Assembly: GCA_021299185.1 (NCBI GenBank) | Contig: JAJTHZ010000031.1 | Span: 1 to 24,000 of the forward strand | Source: Lysobacteraceae bacterium | Lineage (GTDB): Bacteria > Pseudomonadota > Gammaproteobacteria > Xanthomonadales > Ahniellaceae | Length of the DNA: 24,000 nucleotides | Reading direction: 5' to 3' | Shown: piece after piece, positions 18,974 through 24,000 of the stretch | Layout: the number at the start of each line of letters is the position of its first letter | How positions within the stretch are numbered: position 1 is the first letter of the stretch | Translations under genes and position numbers: made by a program | The notes under the pieces: model-generated | Databases searched by the model: none | What the model saw: only the letters and a program-made list of their open reading frames with translations | What the model was told of the DNA's origin: nothing

Positions 18974-20926
18974 ATGTCGTCCGCTGTCGCCCCGCGCCCG
19001 AGTCCGCCGCACGCCGATGCCGCTGCCGCCGTTTCGTCGGCGGCCGTGCAGCAAGCGCTTGCGCGCGGCGACCTCGCCGCCGCGATGGCGGCCGCGGCCG
19101 CGCAGGTCGCCGCATCACCCGACGATGGCGCGGTCTGGAAAGTGCTCGGCGCGCTGCAGTGGGTGCTGGTTTCGCCGGCGGCGGCGCTGCCCGCGCTGGC
19201 CACCGCCGCGCAGCATCTGCCCGACGACGCCGAAGCGCACAGCAACCTCGCCGCGGCGGCCGTCGCGGTCGGCGATGCCGCGGCGGGCGAAGCGGCCGCG
19301 CGGCGCGCGCTCGCGCTCGATCCCGCGCACGCGGTTGCCTGGGACAATCTCGGCGTCGCACTGGCGGCGCTGCACCGGCATGAAGAGGCCGAGACGGCGT
19401 ACCGCGAGGCCCTCGCGCGCGCGCCGCAGCGCGCCGCCACCTGGCACCACCTCGCCCTGCTCCTGCGCGACCTGCAGCGCGGCGACGAGGCCCGCGCCGC
19501 GACCCGTGCCGCGATCGAACGCGACCCGAACCACCCGGAGTACCCGAGCCTGCTCGGCGCGCTGCTGGCCGCCGACGGCGAGCACGCCGAGGCCGAGACC
19601 TGGTGCCGCCGCGCAGTCGAATCCGCGCCCGAGGCGAGCGGCCCGCGCAGCACCCTGCTGCTGCTGCTGCAGCACCACGGCACGCTGTCACCGAAGAAGC
19701 TGTTCGAGGCGCATCGCGAGTTCGGCCTGCGCCTCGAACGCGCGCTCGGCCCGGTCGCGCCGCCGCAGCGCCCGCGCGACCCCGAGCGTCCGCTGCGCCT
19801 GGGCTTCGTGTCCGGCGATTTCCGCCGCCACGCGGCCGCGCACTTCATCGAGCCGGTGTGGCGCGAAATCGACCGCGCCCGCTTCCACCTTCACGCCTAC
19901 TCGGTGGCACCGGCCGCCGACGAGGTGACGTCGCGCCTGCAGGGACTGGTCGACGCATGGACCCCGGCCGCGGGCTGGTCCGACGACGCGCTGGCCGCCG
20001 CGATCCGCGACGACGGGATCGACATCCTGTTCGACCTGTCCGGCCACACCGCGCACCACCGCCTGGCGGTGTTCGCGCGCCGCCCGGCGCCGCTGCAGGT
20101 GAGCTGGATCGGCTATCCCGGCACCACCGGCCTGCGCGCGATGGACTACTACTTCGTCGACCGCGGCTTCGCACCTCCGGGGAAACTCGATGCGCAGTTC
20201 ACCGAGCGCCTGGTGCACCTGCCGACCGTGTCGGTGTTCCGGCCCGATCCCGCGTCGCCGCCGGTCGGCCCCTTGCCCGCCCTCGCACGCGGCCACGCCA
20301 CTTTCGGCAGCTTCAACCGCTCGGCCAAGATCACCGCGGCGACCCTCGATGCCTGGTCCTCGGTGCTCGCCGCGGTGCCGGGCGCGCGGCTGCGGATCGG
20401 CGCGATCGACCCGTCGCAGGGCGACCGCCTGCGCGAGCGCCTCGCCTCGCACGCCATCGACACGGCGCGCGTCGACCTGCTGCCGCGTACCGACCTCGCC
20501 GCCTACCTCGCGGCCCACCACGAGGTCGACCTGCTGCTCGACACCTTCCCCTACACCGGCGGCACCACCACCGCCCACGGCCTGTGGATGGGCGTGCCCA
20601 CGCTGACCTTCGAGGGCGCGACGCTGGCCTCGCGCTCCAGCGCGGCGATCCTGCGCCATGCCGGCCTGCCGCAGTTCATCGCCGCCGACGCCGCAGCACT
20701 GGCGCCGCTGGCGGCGCAATGGATCGAGCGCATCGACACGCTCGCCGCGCTGCGCGCCGGGCTGCGCGAGCAGCTCGCCACCGCCCCGCAGCGCGATGCC
20801 CGTCGCGTGGTCGAAGGCCTGGAGGACGCGCTGCGCGCCATGTGGCGCCGGCACTGCAGCGGCAAGCCGCCAGCGCCGTTCCGCGTCGCGCCGCGCGCGA
20901 TCGAACCCTCGGATGCCGCCGCATGA
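18974..20926 (+). CDS. TPR-repeat protein fused to a GT41 (O-GlcNAc-transferase/SPINDLY-like) glycosyltransferase
   Basis: ORF 18794..20926. I moved the start to ATG 18974 (GGAG 6 nt upstream). The Ala-rich TPR region includes AEAHSNLAAAAVAVGD, AVAWDNLGVALAALHRHEEAETAYREAL and DPNHPEY. It is followed by GT41 blocks LRLGFVSGDFRRHAAAHF, DILFDLSGHTAHHRL, QVSWIGYPGTTG, FGSFNRSAKI and LLLDTFPYTGGTTTAHGLWMGVPTLT. Confidence 0.85.
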   Translation: MSSAVAPRPSPPHADAAAAVSSAAVQQALARGDLAAAMAAAAAQVAASPDDGAVWKVLGALQWVLVSPAAALPALATAAQHLPDDAEAHSNLAAAAVAVGDAAAGEAAARRALALDPAHAVAWDNLGVALAALHRHEEAETAYREALARAPQRAATWHHLALLLRDLQRGDEARAATRAAIERDPNHPEYPSLLGALLAADGEHAEAETWCRRAVESAPEASGPRSTLLLLLQHHGTLSPKKLFEAHREFGLRLERALGPVAPPQRPRDPERPLRLGFVSGDFRRHAAAHFIEPVWREIDRARFHLHAYSVAPAADEVTSRLQGLVDAWTPAAGWSDDALAAAIRDDGIDILFDLSGHTAHHRLAVFARRPAPLQVSWIGYPGTTGLRAMDYYFVDRGFAPPGKLDAQFTERLVHLPTVSVFRPDPASPPVGPLPALARGHATFGSFNRSAKITAATLDAWSSVLAAVPGARLRIGAIDPSQGDRLRERLASHAIDTARVDLLPRTDLAAYLAAHHEVDLLLDTFPYTGGTTTAHGLWMGVPTLTFEGATLASRSSAAILRHAGLPQFIAADAAALAPLAAQWIERIDTLAALRAGLREQLATAPQRDARRVVEGLEDALRAMWRRHCSGKPPAPFRVAPRAIEPSDAAA

Positions 20927-22158
20927 TCCTCGAGACCCATCTCCCGCACGACCCGCCGGCCGAGTGCGCGCCACCGGCCGTGCGCAAGCGCATCCGCGGC
21001 CGCGCCGACCTCGCCGTGCACGGCGCGCCGCCGGCCTTCGCCGAGCCGCTGCACGTCGGCCGGCCCAACATCGGCAACCGCGAGCGCTTCCTCGGACTCG
21101 CCAACGAGCTGCTCGACCGGCGCTGGCTGACCAACAACGGGCCGCTGGTGCAGGAACTCGAGCGCCGCCTCGCCGCCCACCTGGGCGTGCGCCACGTGGT
21201 GGCCATGTGCAACGGCACCGTCGCGCTGGAGATCGCGATCCGCGCGCTCGGCCTGCGCGGCGAGGTGATCCTGCCCTCCTACACCTTCGTCGCCACCGCG
21301 CAGGCGCTGCAATGGCAGGAGATCACGCCGGTGTTCGCCGACATCGACCCCGCCACCCACAACCTCGACCCGGCCGCGGTCGAGCGCATGATCACGCCGC
21401 GCACCACCGGCATCATCGGCGTGCACCTGTGGGGTCGCGCAGCGCCCATCGACGAACTGGCCGAGATCGCGCGCCGCCACCAGCTGGCGCTGATGTTCGA
21501 CGCCGCGCACGCCTTCGGCGCGACCTACCGCGGCCGGCGAGTCGGCGCCTTCGGCCGCGCCGAGGTGTTCTCCTTCCACGCGACCAAGTTCTTCAACACC
21601 TTCGAGGGTGGCGCGGTCACCACCAACGAGGACGACCTCGCGCGCGCCATGCGCTACATGCGCAACTTCGGCTTCGAGGACTTCGACCGCGTGGTCCACC
21701 CCGGCACCAACGGCAAGATGCCGGAAATCTGCGCCGCGATGGGCCTGACCAACCTCGACGTGCTGCCGGCCGTGGTCGAGGCCAACCGCGCCCACCACCA
21801 GCGCTACACCGACGCCCTGTCGGCGATCCCCGGCCTGCGGGTTCTGCCCTACGACGCGGCCGAAGCGAGCAACTTCCAGTACGTCGTGGCCGAACTCGAC
21901 CGCGACTTCCCGGTGCCGCGCGATGCGATCGTCGCCGCCCTGCACGCCGAGGGCATCCTGGCGCGCAAGTACTTCTGGCCCGGCTGCCACAACATGCAGC
22001 CGTTCCGCTCGCTCTACCCGCACGCCGGGCTGCTGCTGCCGCACACCACCGACGTCGCCGCGCGGGTGATCGTCCTTCCCACCGGCCCCACCCTGCCGGT
22101 GGACGCCATCGACACCGTGGCCGACGTGATCCGCGCCCTGCGGGAGGCGGCGCCGTGA
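20923..22158 (+). CDS. DegT/DnrJ/EryC1/StrS (PseC/WecE-like) PLP-dependent sugar aminotransferase
   Basis: Start ATG 20923 overlaps the GT41 stop (ATGA). 411 aa. Motifs: NGPLVQELERRLA, AMCNGTVALEIAIRAL, VILPSYTFVATA, FDAAHAFGA, and SFHATKFFNTFEGGAV (PLP lysine). Confidence 0.88.
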   Translation: MILETHLPHDPPAECAPPAVRKRIRGRADLAVHGAPPAFAEPLHVGRPNIGNRERFLGLANELLDRRWLTNNGPLVQELERRLAAHLGVRHVVAMCNGTVALEIAIRALGLRGEVILPSYTFVATAQALQWQEITPVFADIDPATHNLDPAAVERMITPRTTGIIGVHLWGRAAPIDELAEIARRHQLALMFDAAHAFGATYRGRRVGAFGRAEVFSFHATKFFNTFEGGAVTTNEDDLARAMRYMRNFGFEDFDRVVHPGTNGKMPEICAAMGLTNLDVLPAVVEANRAHHQRYTDALSAIPGLRVLPYDAAEASNFQYVVAELDRDFPVPRDAIVAALHAEGILARKYFWPGCHNMQPFRSLYPHAGLLLPHTTDVAARVIVLPTGPTLPVDAIDTVADVIRALREAAP

Positions 22159-22865
22159 TCGTCGCGTTGATGCAGCCGTACTTCTTCCCCTACCTCGGCT
22201 ACTACGGCCTGCTCGCGGCCGCCGACGTGTTCGTCGCCTACGACAACGTGCAGTTCGAGAAGCACGGCTGGGTGAACCGCAACCGCATCCTGCGCGACGG
22301 CGCCCCCGAGTGGTGGACCGCGCCGGTGGCGTCCGCGCCGCTGGCTTCGACCATCGCCGAGCGCCAGTACCACGACTGGCCGCGGCAGCGCGCGCGGCTG
22401 CTCGACCGGCTGCGCGACCGCTACCGGCACGCCCCGCGGCGCGACGACGCGCTCGACCTCGGCGCGGTGGCGATGGATCCGGCCGCCGAGGGCGTCGCGG
22501 ACGCGAACCTGCACGGGCTGCGCAGCGTCGCCACCACGCTCGGGCTGCGCGCCCGCATCGTGCGCGCCTCCGAGGTGCCGCACGACACCCGCCTGCGCGG
22601 CCAGGAGCGCGTGCTCGCGATCTGCGCCGCGCTCGGCGCCGACACCTACGTGAACGCGATCGGCGGCACCTCGCTGTACGATCACGCGGCCTTCGCCGCG
22701 CGTGGCATCGAACTGCGCTTCCTGCGCGCGCGCCCGGAACACTACGCGCAGGACGGCGGCGGCTTCGTGCCCAACCTGTCGATCCTCGACGCCCTGATGT
22801 TCCTGCCGGTCGACGAAGTCGCCCGCCGCGTCGCGCAGTTCGACCTGGTCACCGGCCACGCATGA
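22155..22865 (+). CDS. WbqC family protein (uncharacterised, polysaccharide/sugar-cluster associated)
   Basis: GTG 22155 overlaps the upstream stop (GTGA), with GGGAGG 7 nt upstream. The N-terminus MIVALMQPYFFPYLGYYGLLAAADVFVAYDNVQFEKHGWVNRNRI is the WbqC signature as I recall it. An alternative start is ATG 22170. Confidence 0.75.
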   Translation: MIVALMQPYFFPYLGYYGLLAAADVFVAYDNVQFEKHGWVNRNRILRDGAPEWWTAPVASAPLASTIAERQYHDWPRQRARLLDRLRDRYRHAPRRDDALDLGAVAMDPAAEGVADANLHGLRSVATTLGLRARIVRASEVPHDTRLRGQERVLAICAALGADTYVNAIGGTSLYDHAAFAARGIELRFLRARPEHYAQDGGGFVPNLSILDALMFLPVDEVARRVAQFDLVTGHA

Positions 22866-23851
22866 CGGCCGTGCGCGCCCTCGGTGGCTACTTCGGCCTG
22901 GAGCCCGGCGCCGGCCGCGGCCTGCCGTGGCGCGGCGACGCGCGCGCCGTGCAGAGCGGCCGCATGGCCCTGCGCCTCGCGCTCGACGCCTGGCCACGCG
23001 CGACCCTGTGGCTGCCGGCCTGGTACTGCCCGCCGGCGCGCGCCGCGCTCGCCGCCAGCGGCTGGCGGCTGCGCGAGTACGCGCTGGCCGAGGACCTCGG
23101 TCCGGACGCCGCGGTGCAGCCGGACGACGGCGACCGCGTCCTGCTGGTGGACTGGTTCGGCCTGTGTGGCGCCACGGTGCGCCGCGCCTGCCGCCACTTC
23201 GGCGCGCAACGCGTGCTGGTCGATGCCGCGATGTCGCTGTGGTTCGAACCCGAGCCCGGCGTGCCCACCGCGACTTCGCCGCGCAAGTTCGTCGGCGTGC
23301 CCGACGGCGGCTGGCTGCGCCATCCGCCGGCGACCGCGGCACCGGCACCGCCGCGCGAGGAACCCAGCATCGCGCGCTGCGCCCACCTGCTGCACCGCGC
23401 GGCGGGCGACGTCGCCGGCGGCCGCGCGCACTTCGCCGCCGCCGAGGCGTCGATCAGCGCGGAATCCGCGCCGACGACGATGTCGGCGCTCACCACCCGG
23501 CTGCTCGCCGGGATCGACTTCGACGCCGTGGCGCGGGCCCGGCGGCGCAACTACCGCCGCCTCGCAGACGGCCTGGTCGCGCTCGGCCACGCCCCGCCGG
23601 ACCTGCCCGACGACGCCGTGCCGCTGTGCCTGCCCCTGCCCGCGCCGGATGCGGGAGTCCTGCACCGCCGGCTCGCCGCGCACGGCATCTACTGCGCGCA
23701 CTATTGGGACGACGCCACGTCGCTGCGCCACGACCCGGTCGGCCGGCGCCTGCGCGATGCGACCGTCTGCCTGCCCTGCGACCAGCGCCTGGACGACGAC
23801 GACGTCGACGCGATGCTGGCGGTGTTCGACGCCACGCGGGCCGCCGCATGA
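22862..23851 (+). CDS. Divergent DegT-like aminotransferase-fold protein (function unknown)
   Basis: ATG 22862 overlaps the WbqC stop (ATGA). 329 aa. It aligns by eye to the upstream aminotransferase: QSGRMALRLAL vs CNGTVALEIAI; LWLPAWYC vs VILPSYTF; VDAAMSLW vs FDAAHAFG; SPRKFVGVPDGG vs SFHATKFFNTFEGG. The lysine is retained. Confidence 0.6.
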   Translation: MTAVRALGGYFGLEPGAGRGLPWRGDARAVQSGRMALRLALDAWPRATLWLPAWYCPPARAALAASGWRLREYALAEDLGPDAAVQPDDGDRVLLVDWFGLCGATVRRACRHFGAQRVLVDAAMSLWFEPEPGVPTATSPRKFVGVPDGGWLRHPPATAAPAPPREEPSIARCAHLLHRAAGDVAGGRAHFAAAEASISAESAPTTMSALTTRLLAGIDFDAVARARRRNYRRLADGLVALGHAPPDLPDDAVPLCLPLPAPDAGVLHRRLAAHGIYCAHYWDDATSLRHDPVGRRLRDATVCLPCDQRLDDDDVDAMLAVFDATRAAA

Positions 23852-24000
23852 ACCTGCGCGGGCGCCAGGTGACGCTGCGCGCGATCGAGCCCGACGACCT
23901 GTCGAGGCTGCAGGCCTGGGCCAACGATCCGCAGGTGCAGCGGCTGCTCGGCGGCTGGCACTTCCCGGTCAGCCGCGCCGACCAGCAGGCCTGGCTCGCC
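23848..24000 (+). CDS. GNAT family N-acetyltransferase (RimL/PseH-like), 5' fragment running off the window
   Basis: ATG 23848 overlaps the upstream stop (ATGA). My own translation is MNLRGRQVTLRAIEPDDLSRLQAWANDPQVQRLLGGWHFPVSRADQQAWLA. This is a typical N-terminus for this GNAT subgroup (L..W.NDP.V). It is absent from the ORF track because no stop codon is reached. Confidence 0.6.
   Translation, partial: MNLRGRQVTLRAIEPDDLSRLQAWANDPQVQRLLGGWHFPVSRADQQAWLA

Noticed and set aside
17394-19691. 765-aa minus-strand ORF spanning b561, YceI, the glutaredoxin-like gene and the GT41 5' region
   Set aside because: It is extremely Arg/Ala/Pro-rich and overlaps four independently supported genes on both strands. 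It is an artefact.

Overview
High-GC (roughly 70%) bacterial chromosome segment. Gene content and the repeat family suggest a Xanthomonadaceae/Lysobacteraceae-like gammaproteobacterium, but that is inference. All homology calls come from reading motifs by eye; no searches were run. I support 17 protein-coding genes, two of them cut by the window edges. In order they are: (1) a large secreted Calx-beta / ExeM-NucH-type nuclease behind a ~650-nt lower-GC leader; (2) a TVP38/DedA-like membrane protein; (3) a GH17-GT2 fusion, an NdvB-like beta-1,3-glucan synthase; (4) a minus-strand run of a hybrid propeller sensor kinase, the YoaA/DinG-family helicase, CreD and TsaB; (5) a YceI / cytochrome b561 / YceI operon; (6) a DUF836 glutaredoxin-like gene; (7) a tightly coupled plus-strand operon that runs off the window, made of TPR-GT41 (OGT-like), DegT-type aminotransferase, WbqC, a second divergent aminotransferase-fold protein and a GNAT. 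Non-coding structure includes a REP-type family: a 22-bp core that is identical in 7 copies, plus 1 variant. The copies sit in three intergenic clusters at transcription-unit boundaries. There is also one strong intrinsic terminator and a palindrome/direct-repeat motif in a divergent promoter region. The best candidate for an undescribed system is the GT41-led operon at 18974-24000, a possible dedicated protein O-glycosylation module using a custom N-acetylated amino sugar. Many long ORFs in the six-frame track are off-frame or antisense artefacts of high GC and were rejected.
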